A DNA stretch of 32,000 bases from Nostoc punctiforme PCC 73102 (GTDB taxonomy: Bacteria > Cyanobacteriota > Cyanobacteriia > Cyanobacteriales > Nostocaceae). Positions 9,080 through 18,399 of this stretch are shown here, piece after piece. Position 1 is the stretch's first letter, and every line of letters starts with the position of its first letter. Position numbers and translations under genes: made by a program. Where the stretch lies: positions 6,330,001-6,362,000 of the forward strand of contig NC_010628.1 in the NCBI RefSeq assembly GCF_000020025.1, written 5' to 3'. The notes under the pieces were generated by a model. The model saw only the letters and a program-made list of their open reading frames with translations, was not told where the DNA came from and did not search any database.

Positions 9080-10106
9080 GGCTACATATCTCTTCAATTA
9101 ATTGGTGTTGACAGTATTGAAAGTGTTTTGCCTGTATCCTAATCTTCTGCCATACCAAGAAATATTGTATTTCTTAATATATTAAACTTTGTTGGCAGTA
9201 TTACCGAAATTTACCCATATTTTTAGATGGTTTTCCAAAATTTGGAAAACCTCCAGTCTGGCTTTAACTATGTGAGCAACTCTTGAAATTAGGTGTGTTA
9301 GAATTACCCACTTGATATGCACAATTACCTTGGATCTATAGAAGCTTTTGTATCAGTCAAGGCATGTAAAAACGTGCTTCTTTTTCACCAGAGCAATTAA
9401 CAAAAAATCTTAGTGCATTGCAGGGTCAAACCCCAGACTCTGAAATTATCTGATAAGTAAATTGGTTGGTTTAGATAGGATACTGCTTTGGTTCTCTGGC
9501 AAATTTGCAAAGCTTGTTACGTAACTAGGGATTGAGTTGTTTGCCTTGAGGCTACTTCCTATCAGGCGATTTTAATCTTTTGAAACAGCTCAGTTCCACA
9601 AGCTATATTGCAACAAAAAATACATTTAACTAGACTATATTCAAAAATTTAGATAAAATTTCTGCCTAGCATAACAATGTAATTATTGTTGGGTCTAATT
9701 GGGTATTATTGCCCAAAAAAACCCAATTAGGGTGGATTATCCCCTACGTCAGCCATCACATTGAAGTTGACCATCGGTGCAAACAAGTAAGCGCTTCCCC
9801 GACTGCTATGACGGCTTTCTTGCAACGAATTTCTAGAGTATGCTGCTCCAATCATGTTGCACACGGATGATTTATAAACTAGCAAATTCATGCTTGTAAT
9901 TACATGAATCGTTTTTAATAACAGTTGCTTTTAACAATAACACATTTTATTTTTAGTGGAACACTCTTAATTAATAAGTTGATTGGTGATGAAAATATTG
10001 TAAATTAGCTAACTTTTTTGATGGAGCGATGCCTACGGCGGGCAAAGCCTACGCTACTCTTAAATAATTTTATACACTTAGATAAAATTCCTGGAGGACG
10101 GTAATT

Positions 10107-10289
10107 TTAAAAATGATCGCGGATGTTAATTGTCTTTTTGTCTATATTTCTACCTTTGCTTGTCCAAGTAATTTTATAATTGGGCGTTAAACTCAGAATG
10201 ATATCTACTATACTGATGACACCCTCTTCGTTCAAAAGTTCAAAATTTTCTTCTTCCTTATTACTTATATCTAAAAATTTGTAAATCAC
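10107..10289 (-). CDS. Hypothetical 60-aa ORF (weak, possibly a gene remnant)
   Basis: The only ORF of at least 60 aa in the 1.35 kb gap. It is AT-rich and I recognise no family. Confidence 0.2.
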   Translation of the reverse strand: MIYKFLDISNKEEENFELLNEEGVISIVDIILSLTPNYKITWTSKGRNIDKKTINIRDHF

Positions 10290-10454
10290 CCATTCGGGTG
10301 AGCCAAGCGGGTGATGCGTGCTTGGTGTTACTCATTATAAATTTTATTGTAAAGAAAGCTAAAATTTAGCTTAGTTTCCAGGAGAAGTCCACAAAACAAC
10401 ATCAAATTGACCACATTGAGGTATCGGTTTTAACTCACACACTTGGTTCAAATT

Positions 10455-10778
10455 ATGGCTTTAATTAAAGAAATTGCCCAAGAAGCTCTAAATAGCGGCT
10501 ATCTGAGTGTTGTAGCCGAAGAACAATTGCGATCGCAACTTCAAAGTAATTATGACTCAGAAGACCTAGATGCCTGGATCATTTTACAGCGAGCTATTGT
10601 AGCGGGTGATGTAAAACAAGAGTCGCGCCGAAAAAAAGCTTCTCTTTCTCCTAAAGCCAAGGACGCTTCATCAAGTATCAAACTTGCTTATCAAATGGCA
10701 GCGGAGATTGCTTATGCAGCTGCTGTAGCTTTATCAATGACAAAAAATACCAAAGACCAACCTTCACTAGGTTCATAA
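10455..10778 (+). CDS. Conserved cyanobacterial hypothetical protein
   Basis: The ATG at 10455 gives MALIKEIAQEALNSGYLSVVAEEQLRSQLQSNYDSEDLDAWIILQRAIVAGDVKQES. This N-terminal pattern (GYL..AE.QLR.....YD.EDL.A...LQ.A...G.VKQES) resembles small conserved cyanobacterial ORFs I recall. Its function is unknown. Confidence 0.55.
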   Translation: MALIKEIAQEALNSGYLSVVAEEQLRSQLQSNYDSEDLDAWIILQRAIVAGDVKQESRRKKASLSPKAKDASSSIKLAYQMAAEIAYAAAVALSMTKNTKDQPSLGS

Positions 10779-11348
10779 AATAACACGCTAAGAAGTTATT
10801 TTCCTGATTTAGTATCCAAAATTTATACCAAGTAGTTTACGACGCTTTCCCTAGTTAACTCCTTGGTATTATTTTTACGCATTCCTTTTTTAAGTGATGT
10901 CTACATGGGTTACTTTGTATCACATCTTCTCAAACTAATCCCTAACCGAAGAATCATAGCTGCTTATTTCCCAGCGCAATTTTATTAAAAAATAATTAAA
11001 AATTTAACCTTTGTGGAAACAGCTATAAGGAAATTTCACCCTCAGCCAAGACAGTAGAACTGATCCCCGGAAGCAATACTAAAATAAATATAAATTATTT
11101 ATTCAAAACTAGATTTTTTTAAGTGATACATACCACTCAATGATTAAATCTTAATATACCAAGTATATGGCTGAGAGTAACGCATAGAATTAGAAACACC
11201 TTGGTGTAAACTTTAGCAACGATGTTAAAAAGAATTCTCAATGCTTAACAAAGTCATCGCTTCTTCACAAACTACAGTATAAAGAATTGGCAACATTGGT
11301 AAAGACAGTAAACAATAACCATAACTAAACTTGGAGTTTTGCCAACCT

Positions 11349-13913
11349 ATGCAGCCAATTCGTACATTTAACGTATCCCCTTCACTACCACCGCGACTCG
11401 AACCACTGCGGCGGTTAGCATATAACTTGCACTGGGATTGGAATGTTGAGAGCAAAGATTTATTTCGTCGCTTAGACTCTGACCTATGGGAGTCTAGCCA
11501 TCACAATCCAGTGTTGATGCTCGGTACTATCTCGCAATCGCGGCTTTTGGAAGTTGTCGAAGATGAAGGCTTTCTAGCGCAAATGGATCGAGCTGACCGT
11601 CAGTTAGACGATTATTTGCAAGAACGCACTTGGTATCAAAAACAACGGGAAGACAAACCAAAAGAATGCTACGCCTATTTTTCGGCGGAATTTGGACTTG
11701 TTGATTGTTTACCCGTGTATTCTGGCGGCTTAGGCGTTCTGGCTGGGGATCACCTCAAATCTGCTAGTGACTTGGGGCTACCGCTTGTCGGTGTAGGTTT
11801 GCTGTATCAGCAAGGCTACTTTGCCCAGTATCTGAATGCTGATGGCTGGCAGCAAGAACGCTACTTGCTCAATGATTTTTATAATATGCCCTTGCATCTA
11901 GAGCGTAATGCCGATGGTTCAGAGCTACGGATTGCGGTAGATTATCCAGGACGCAAGGTATACGCTAGAGTTTGGCGCGTACAGGTGGGAACTGTTCCCT
12001 TGTATCTGCTTGACACCAATATTGAACCCAACAACACTTACGACCACGACATTACAGATCAGCTGTATGGTGGCGACATCGATATGCGTATCCACCAGGA
12101 AATCATGCTGGGGATCGGTGGTGTGCAAATGCTCAAAGCTTTGGGGCTGAAAGTCACCGCTTACCACATGAATGAAGGCCACGCCGCCTTCTCTGCCCTA
12201 GAACGCATCCGCTTGCTGATTCAGGAAGAAGGGCTGAGTTATGCCCAAGCTAAACAGGTGGTGGCTTCCAGTAATATCTTTACTACTCACACGCCAGTAC
12301 CAGCAGGGATTGACTTATTCGCTCCCGACAAAATGCTGCACTACTTGGGGTACTATGCAGAGATATTTGGGTTGCCCAAAGAGCAATTTTTAGGACTGGG
12401 GCGCGAGAATACAGGTGATTTATCTGGGCCTTTCAGTATGGCGGTGCTGGCTTTGAAAATGGCAACATTTTCTAACGGTGTTGCACAACTCCACGGGGTA
12501 GTGTCGCGGCAAATGTTCCAGGGCTTGTGGCAGAAAGTACCAGTAGAAGAAGTGCCGATCGCAGCAATTACTAATGGTGTCCATGCTCGGAGTTGTGTGG
12601 CGAAATCGACTCAAGAGTTATACGATCGCTACCTCGGCCCAAATTGGTCATCAGCACCACCAGATAGCCCATTGTGGGAGCGGATGGACGCTATACCCGA
12701 TGAAGAATTGTGGCGCAATCACGAACGCTGCCGCTTAGATATGATTTTGTATGTGCGGGAGCATTTGGTCAAGCATTTAACCGATCGCGGCGCTTCTGCT
12801 TCCGAAATTACCCAAGCCCAAGAAGTTTTAGATCCTTACGCTTTCACTATTGGCTTTGCCCGTCGCTTTGCCACCTACAAACGGGCTACCCTCTGGATGC
12901 GCGATCTGGATCGGATTAAGCGGCTTCTGCTAGCTAACAAAGACCGGAAAGTGCAATTTGTGATTGCTGGTAAGGCACATCCCAAGGATATTCCCGGTAA
13001 AGAACTCATCCGCGAGATCAATCACTTTATCCGCGAACAACATTTAGAAAAACAGGTAGTGTTTGTTCCCAATTACGACATTCACATATCCCGGTTGATG
13101 GTTGCGGGTTGCGATATCTGGTTAAATACACCGCGTCGTCCACGGGAAGCCTCTGGTACTAGCGGGATGAAAGCGGCAATGAATGGATTGCCAAATTTAA
13201 GTGTACTAGACGGTTGGTGGGATGAAGCTGATTACGTCCGCACGGGCTGGGCGATTGGACATGGAGAGAATTACGACGATCCTAACTATCAGGATGAAGT
13301 AGAAGCAAATGCTCTCTACGAGTTATTAGAGAAGGATGTTGTACCACTATTTTACGATCACCGAGATACTGATGGCTTGCCCCGTCCGTGGGTTGCCAAA
13401 ATGAAGGATGCAATTCGGTTGAATTGTCCTTTCTTTAACACAGCGCGGATGGTAGGAGAGTATGCACAAAGAGCTTATTTCCCGGCTAGCGATCGCTATC
13501 ATACCCTGACTGTTGATAACTATGCCCCAGCCAAAGAACTAGCCGCTTGGAAAGAAAAACTGGGCGAACACTGGTTTAACATCAGAATCAAAGATGTTGA
13601 TGTATCGGCAGCTTCAGACATTGAAGTTAACCAAACTGTTGCTGTCAAAGCCAAAGTTGACTTAGCAACCTTGACCAATGATGATGTGCAGGTGGAGTTA
13701 TATCAAGGTGCGATCGATGCCAATGGCGAGATTGTCAACGCTGTAACAGTGGTGATGGATTACCAAGGTGAGGATTCACAGCAATTGAGTATTTACACTG
13801 GTAATATCACTTATACCGCTTCTGGTTTGCAAGGTTTGTCTTTACGTGTATTGCCGAAAAATCAAAATCTGGCTAATGCTTATGAACCAAGGTTGATTGC
13901 TTGGGCAGAGTAA
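11349..13913 (+). CDS. glgP: Alpha-glucan (glycogen/maltodextrin) phosphorylase, GT35 family
   Basis: The ATG at 11349 gives MQPIRTFNVSPSLPPRLEPLRRLAYNLHWDWN, the typical N-terminus of this phosphorylase subfamily. YSGGLGVLAGDHLKSASDLGLPLVGVGLLY is also present. The pyridoxal-phosphate lysine region is PRRPREASGTSGMKAAMNGLPNLSVLDGWW. Confidence 0.9.
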   Translation: MQPIRTFNVSPSLPPRLEPLRRLAYNLHWDWNVESKDLFRRLDSDLWESSHHNPVLMLGTISQSRLLEVVEDEGFLAQMDRADRQLDDYLQERTWYQKQREDKPKECYAYFSAEFGLVDCLPVYSGGLGVLAGDHLKSASDLGLPLVGVGLLYQQGYFAQYLNADGWQQERYLLNDFYNMPLHLERNADGSELRIAVDYPGRKVYARVWRVQVGTVPLYLLDTNIEPNNTYDHDITDQLYGGDIDMRIHQEIMLGIGGVQMLKALGLKVTAYHMNEGHAAFSALERIRLLIQEEGLSYAQAKQVVASSNIFTTHTPVPAGIDLFAPDKMLHYLGYYAEIFGLPKEQFLGLGRENTGDLSGPFSMAVLALKMATFSNGVAQLHGVVSRQMFQGLWQKVPVEEVPIAAITNGVHARSCVAKSTQELYDRYLGPNWSSAPPDSPLWERMDAIPDEELWRNHERCRLDMILYVREHLVKHLTDRGASASEITQAQEVLDPYAFTIGFARRFATYKRATLWMRDLDRIKRLLLANKDRKVQFVIAGKAHPKDIPGKELIREINHFIREQHLEKQVVFVPNYDIHISRLMVAGCDIWLNTPRRPREASGTSGMKAAMNGLPNLSVLDGWWDEADYVRTGWAIGHGENYDDPNYQDEVEANALYELLEKDVVPLFYDHRDTDGLPRPWVAKMKDAIRLNCPFFNTARMVGEYAQRAYFPASDRYHTLTVDNYAPAKELAAWKEKLGEHWFNIRIKDVDVSAASDIEVNQTVAVKAKVDLATLTNDDVQVELYQGAIDANGEIVNAVTVVMDYQGEDSQQLSIYTGNITYTASGLQGLSLRVLPKNQNLANAYEPRLIAWAE

Positions 13914-13945
13914 TAGTGGTGAGTAGTTATTAAATACTCAAGATT

Positions 13946-13985
13946 AGGCGTTGCTAAATTAAGTTTAGCAACGCCTTTTATTATG
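13946..13985 (+). terminator. Rho-independent terminator of glgP
   Basis: 13-bp perfect stem AGGCGTTGCTAAA / TTTAGCAACGCCT with loop TTAAG, followed by TTTTATTAT, 33 nt past the stop codon. Confidence 0.7.
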
Positions 13986-14050
13986 CGATGCAGTTATGCC
14001 CAAAAGTAATTATTGCTAGAATTACGAGCAATTATAACGGAAATGCAATT

Positions 14051-14080
14051 TGACTTTTGCGATTGCGATCGCAAAAGTCA
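14051..14080. repeat. HIP1-centred palindrome
   Basis: TGACTTTTGCGAT TGCG ATCGCAAAAGTCA has 13-bp arms and contains GCGATCGC. Confidence 0.6.
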
Positions 14081-14820
14081 GCTTCTTAGGCTTCGCTCGA
14101 TCCGCGCTTTGGAGCCAGAAGTACTGATGTCTGCGATCGCAGATTTGTTAGTTTACAAACGTAATACCAATCTGTAATAGCTTTCGGCAAAATTTACGAT
14201 CGAAAGATTAATGTTACATAAACAAAACATTTTTACGTAAATTTGTTGGCAAATAATGTGAAGAATATGCAAAGATAAGTCTTTAAGAAAAAATATTTAA
14301 GTAAATAGAGTAGTATATGGTCAGTATTGGGTTATTTAGATGTTCTCTATTTTCAAGGTAAACATCTACGCAGAATCGCTTACAAGGAGGGTATAAAAAT
14401 CTCTTTGCCAATCGAAAATTGAATATTTTCTATTCTAGTAGGACTTAGACGCTGGCAAGAAACCAAATACCAAGTATGAATTTTAGGCATTCAATTGTCA
14501 GATTTTTTAATTATCCTTGTTCGCTAATTTTTATTGAACAAGAATAATTAATTTAGCCTGAAATGACCGATTATTCTGAATACACACGCTCATTAGTTTG
14601 TACAGCACTTAAGGCTTAGATAGGTTTTAAATAGATTAGGTAGTGTTAAACAAAAGCCATTCTTTGGATAAATCTTTAAGAAACATTAGTGTTACTTAAG
14701 GGGCAAATATAAGCATGGCAAAAACTTGAAATTCCTGTAAATTTTTATACCCAAAAATAGCAATCAACTCCATGTTGAGAACTGAAGTTACTGAAAAGCT
14801 AGATTTAGGTAGTAAAAGTT

Positions 14821-15693
14821 ATGGCAAATATCATTGGAACCAAAGGTAATGATACCTTAGTAGGTCTTTATGGCCCGGACACAATTAAGGGTCTTGCAGG
14901 CAACGATACCATCAAAGGTAACGGCGGCAACGACACTCTAACTGGTGGCGGTTGCAATGATGAATTTGTTTATCTCTACAGTACCAATGATATCATCACC
15001 GATTTTGGTGGCATAGGTAAAGGAACAAACCCTACAGCAGGAGTCATTGCCGAAGTTGACACTCTGATATTCCAAGGTGATGGCTTGACTGCTCGAAATT
15101 TGCAGCTGACCCAAAATGGCAACAATCTGGAAATCACCTTTGAAGAGCATGATAGTCCCAAAGTCATCCTGCAAAACTTTGCCTTGGAAAACCTGGATAA
15201 CCTGAGCAAATCTACTGGAGCCACTGTAGACTTGGGCAATATCCTGTTTGATGGGCAAACAAGCATCACGGATAGCTTTGATGTTTTCAATGCCAACTCC
15301 ACTCAAAGTACTATCTTCAATAAGAATACAGTCACGTTCCTTAATGACCTGAACAATAATGTTAACGGCTTTGATAACTCAGATGATGTGATTAATGGTC
15401 AAGGGGGTGATGACAAAATCGATGGCTTGAGTGGCAATGACATGCTCAGAGGTGGTGCCGGGAATGACACTCTCATTGGTGGTGCCGGGAATGACACTCT
15501 CATTGGCGGTCAGGGCAATAACCTGCTTTATGGTGGCGATGGAAATAATTATCTCTCCGTTTCTGGTGACTACAGCCCGCTCCGAGGAGGCTCATTTTTA
15601 TTTGGCAATCCTACCTCTGGCAATAGCATCCTCAATGGTGGTGTTAGTGACGATACCTTGGATGCTAGTTATTCAACAGGCAATAATGGCTAG
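14821..15693 (+). CDS. RTX-type (hemolysin-type calcium-binding nonapeptide repeat) protein, first ORF
   Basis: 290-aa ORF with many GGxGxDxL/I nonapeptides ([64 protein letters not shown]). It ends at a TAG that overlaps the next RTX reading frame. Confidence 0.75.
   Translation: MANIIGTKGNDTLVGLYGPDTIKGLAGNDTIKGNGGNDTLTGGGCNDEFVYLYSTNDIITDFGGIGKGTNPTAGVIAEVDTLIFQGDGLTARNLQLTQNGNNLEITFEEHDSPKVILQNFALENLDNLSKSTGATVDLGNILFDGQTSITDSFDVFNANSTQSTIFNKNTVTFLNDLNNNVNGFDNSDDVINGQGGDDKIDGLSGNDMLRGGAGNDTLIGGAGNDTLIGGQGNNLLYGGDGNNYLSVSGDYSPLRGGSFLFGNPTSGNSILNGGVSDDTLDASYSTGNNG
15451..15504 (+). repeat. Perfect 27-bp tandem duplication inside the RTX ORF
   Basis: GGTGGTGCCGGGAATGACACTCTCATT occurs twice back to back (15451-15477 and 15478-15504). 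Each copy encodes GGAGNDTLI. Confidence 0.9.
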
Positions 15694-15919
15694 CTACAAG
15701 AATATTGAACGATTAGATATCACAGGTACAGTCTACGATGACAATATTGTAGGGAACAGTGGGAACGATACCCTCTCCGGCGGCGATGCTGGCAATGATA
15801 CGATCGATGGGGGTAAGGGTGACGATTTGTTGTTCGTAAATTATGCCAGTGATTCTTCTGGAATCACTTCGACTTTTAATACTACTACTAACACTGGGTC
15901 AATTAAAGCAGGTATCAAT

Positions 15920-16922
15920 AGACTTGTCGGGAAATAAGAGAGAATAGACAGCAGTGGTAGGGAAGAATGATGCTGAATATTGAAGGTGCGCTGAAGCAAG
16001 ACCGACTGTTGAGGGCATTAACTGGGTTGAACCGGAAAGCATTTGATGCCCTTTTGCCCACGTTTACCACGATGTACCTAGATACTCAACAGGCCAAGCC
16101 TCGTCAACGTGGCCTGGGTGGAGGACGCAAAGCCCGCTTACTTACAGCCCAAGACAAATTGTTTTTCATCCTTTTCTATTTCAAATGTTATCCGACCTTC
16201 GATGTGGCGGGACTGCTCTTTGATATGCATCGCTCCCAGGCACATGAGTGGATGCATCGATTGCAGCCAATATTAGAAGCGGCTTTGGGACAGAAGATGG
16301 CGCTGCCGGAACGCCATCTCGAAAGCATTGAAGCATTTTTGTCACGCTTTCCAGGAGTGCAACGAGTGATGATTGATGGGACAGAACGCCCAATTGCGCG
16401 ACCTCAAGAAAGAGAACAACAACAACAGAATTACTCCGGTAAAAAGAAACGTCATACGCGTAAACACTTGGCGGCAGTTGATGAAACCAAACGGGTCTTG
16501 ATCTTAAGCAAAGCACGAGAAGGCAAACTGCATGACAAACGTTTTCATGACGAAGATGACATTGCAGGTAGTGTGCCTGATGAAATTCCGATTGAAGTAG
16601 ACTCGGGCTTTCAGGGATTACAGAAGCAGTATGACAATCTCCATCTTCCTCACAAAAAGCCCAAAGGGGGCAAGTTAAGTGACCTTCAAAAAACGGAGAA
16701 TCGTCAATTGAGTCAATCCCGTGTAGTTTGCGAAAATGCCTTTGCTGGTGTGAAGCGCTACAACGCCGCCAGTGTCATTTATCGTAATCGGATTGAAAAC
16801 TTTGATGACCATTTGATGCTGACCGCAGCAGGATTATGGAACTTCTACTTGATGGCTGCTTAAGAGAATCCCAATTACAAGACCAGCATTGCCTCACTTA
16901 TCTTTTATTTCCCGACAACTCT
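15920..16922 (+). mobile_element. IS5-family insertion sequence (PIF/Harbinger-like DDE transposase), about 1003 bp
   Basis: Terminal inverted repeats are AGACTTGTCGGGAAATAA (15920-15937) and the reverse complement of TTATTTCCCGACAACTCT (16905-16922), matching at 17 of 18 positions. AAT is duplicated directly at both flanks (15917-19 and 16923-25); the duplication would be AATAG if the ends are shifted by 2 nt. The element carries one intact transposase ORF. Confidence 0.85.
15967..16863 (+). CDS. IS5-family DDE transposase (HTH plus DDE_Tnp_4-like)
   Basis: 298-aa ORF with candidate DDE residues in VMIDGTERPI, LAAVDETKRVL and SRVVCENAFAGVKRY. It lies entirely between the inverted repeats. 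Confidence 0.88.
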   Translation: MMLNIEGALKQDRLLRALTGLNRKAFDALLPTFTTMYLDTQQAKPRQRGLGGGRKARLLTAQDKLFFILFYFKCYPTFDVAGLLFDMHRSQAHEWMHRLQPILEAALGQKMALPERHLESIEAFLSRFPGVQRVMIDGTERPIARPQEREQQQQNYSGKKKRHTRKHLAAVDETKRVLILSKAREGKLHDKRFHDEDDIAGSVPDEIPIEVDSGFQGLQKQYDNLHLPHKKPKGGKLSDLQKTENRQLSQSRVVCENAFAGVKRYNAASVIYRNRIENFDDHLMLTAAGLWNFYLMAA

Positions 16923-17513
16923 AATAGTCTTAGCTACAAGAGTGTTAGCTACAAGAATATCGAACGCTTAAATATCTTAGGTACTTATGGCAATGACAAC
17001 ATTGTGGGGAGTAATAGCAACGATACGCTCTCTGGGGGCGGTGGCAATGACATCCTGGCAGGTGGGAATGGCACTGATACTTTTGTTTTCGATAGTTACA
17101 ACCAAGGTGTTGATACTATTTATGACTTCAACGCTACTAATGAATTGATTCAGCTATCGTTTTATGGGTTTGGAAGTCGCTTATCAATAGGTTCACTTTC
17201 AGCAAGTCAGTTTACAGTCGGAACATCTGCAACCACTAGTGAAGAACGATTTATTTACAACAGCGCTACAGGTGCATTGTTCTTTGACCAAGATGGCAGT
17301 GCATCTGGGTTTACTCAGGTACAATTTGCACAGCTATCTGCTGGATTGTCACTAACCAACAACAATTTTGTCGTTGTTTAATCTTTATTAGCGCTCTGCC
17401 ATTACTAGGCGTTACGGTTTGCGAAATGCTATTTTTAGCATCTCGCATTCCATTGCTCAATATAAGTCGTTTTGGTAAGCGATCGCAATTTTTGTACACA
17501 AAACCTTTGCTGC

Positions 17514-18254
17514 TTAAATTCTTTGAGGGATGATAATGTAGCCTGTGGTGCGATCGCCTAGAACTAAGTTACGTTCTTCTCCCCAATACCACCAGTATGC
17601 AGCAACATAAGCGCAAACTAGGCTATCTAGTTTATCTTCGGTTGCTTTGAGGTCTGCGCCTGTGGTGGGGATTTCAAGAAGGAATGAACCGCAGAGGCGC
17701 AGGGAACGCAGAGGGGGAGAAAAGGAGGGGAGGATATCGAGAAGATAATTTTGGAGTTTGATTAATTCTAGGCGGCGATCGCTGAGTCGTCCTTTTTTGT
17801 ATTTGAGGATGCGTTCTAAGTTGAATAGGTTAACGATTGCTGGGTGGGGGAAGACTTCTATTTGATATCGGCTGAGTTTTTGCGGTTCAATCGTGGGTGC
17901 GTGGGCAAAACCGCGTGATTCTAACTCTAAACCAAAGTTGATGGTGCGATCGGCGAAGGGTAAGTTTTGATTAGCTGGATAGCATCCCGCATGATATTTG
18001 CCAAAGTACTTGTGGCTGAGTTTGTCGGGGAGGCGACTCCCGGTAGGATTAGGTATGAGGGTAGGTGCATCTACGGCGATGATGGCTGGTTCGTCTGGTT
18101 GGACGCTGCGATCGATCCAGGTGAAGATGTCTGCAATAGCTTCTTTACGGTCTAAATCGAGTAATTGCAGTTGTCCATCTATCCATTCTAAACAGCATAG
18201 TCCGCTTGGTTGCGATCGCCAGCCTAAATCAATGCCAATAAATTTCATTGTCAT
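17514..18254 (-). CDS. DUF429 domain protein (predicted RNase H-like fold)
   Basis: MKFIGIDLGW...AIIAVDAPTLIPNPTGSRLPDKLSHKYFGKYHAGCYPAN matches the DUF429 N-terminal pattern as I recall it. The alternative ATG at 18248 is equally possible. Confidence 0.7.
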   Translation of the reverse strand: MTMKFIGIDLGWRSQPSGLCCLEWIDGQLQLLDLDRKEAIADIFTWIDRSVQPDEPAIIAVDAPTLIPNPTGSRLPDKLSHKYFGKYHAGCYPANQNLPFADRTINFGLELESRGFAHAPTIEPQKLSRYQIEVFPHPAIVNLFNLERILKYKKGRLSDRRLELIKLQNYLLDILPSFSPPLRSLRLCGSFLLEIPTTGADLKATEDKLDSLVCAYVAAYWWYWGEERNLVLGDRTTGYIIIPQRI

Positions 18255-18399
18255 AACATGAATTTGCGATTATTTTCGCATTTTCAGGCTACCATTTACC
18301 TAAATTTACTTGCGAAAAATTGTGAGAAATAATCTTATAATCTTGAATAGCTTGTCTTAATTTATTTTATCTGGCAATAAATTAATCAAGATTATTCCA

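Larger units (their letters stand above)
15686..17381 (+). pseudogene. RTX-type calcium-binding repeat gene interrupted by an IS element
   Basis: The frame-2 reading [33 protein letters not shown]...SIKAGIN runs into the IS at 15920. It resumes in frame after 16922 as [42 protein letters not shown]... and continues to the stop at 17381. Removing the IS and one target duplication restores GGT ATC AAT AGT CTT AGC TAC AAG (GINSLSYK). Confidence 0.8.

Noticed and set aside
9724-9890. 55-aa minus-strand ORF in the GC-richer island (MNLLVYKSSVCNMIGAAYSRNSLQESRHSS...)
   Set aside because: It has no ribosome-binding site, no recognisable family and a non-protein-like composition. It is kept only as part of the gene-free-region finding.
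11225-12919. ORFs 11225-11455, 11925-12182, 12420-12614 and 12710-12919
   Set aside because: All overlap the glgP coding region or its start, either in other frames or antisense. None has recognisable content.
14938-15306. Minus-strand ORFs 14938-15306 and 14976-15302
   Set aside because: They are antisense to the RTX repeat ORF, whose repetitive GGN/GAY codons keep the opposite strand open.
15431-15685. 5' part of track ORF 15431-15937 ([25 protein letters not shown]...)
   Set aside because: This part is the out-of-frame reading of the first RTX ORF; the duplicated 27-mer gives the repeated VVPGMTLSL. Only the part from 15686 onward looks like genuine RTX sequence.
16181-16516. Minus-strand 111-aa ORF inside the IS
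   Set aside because: It is antisense to the transposase ORF and has no motif.
16836-16922. 5' end of track ORF 16836-17381 (MELLLDGCLRESQLQDQHCLTYLLFPD)
   Set aside because: These residues are read from the IS right end. The real RTX sequence resumes at 16923.
17311-18261. ORFs 17311-17499, 17967-18155 and 17998-18261
   Set aside because: They overlap the RTX 3' end or lie antisense to the DUF429 gene.
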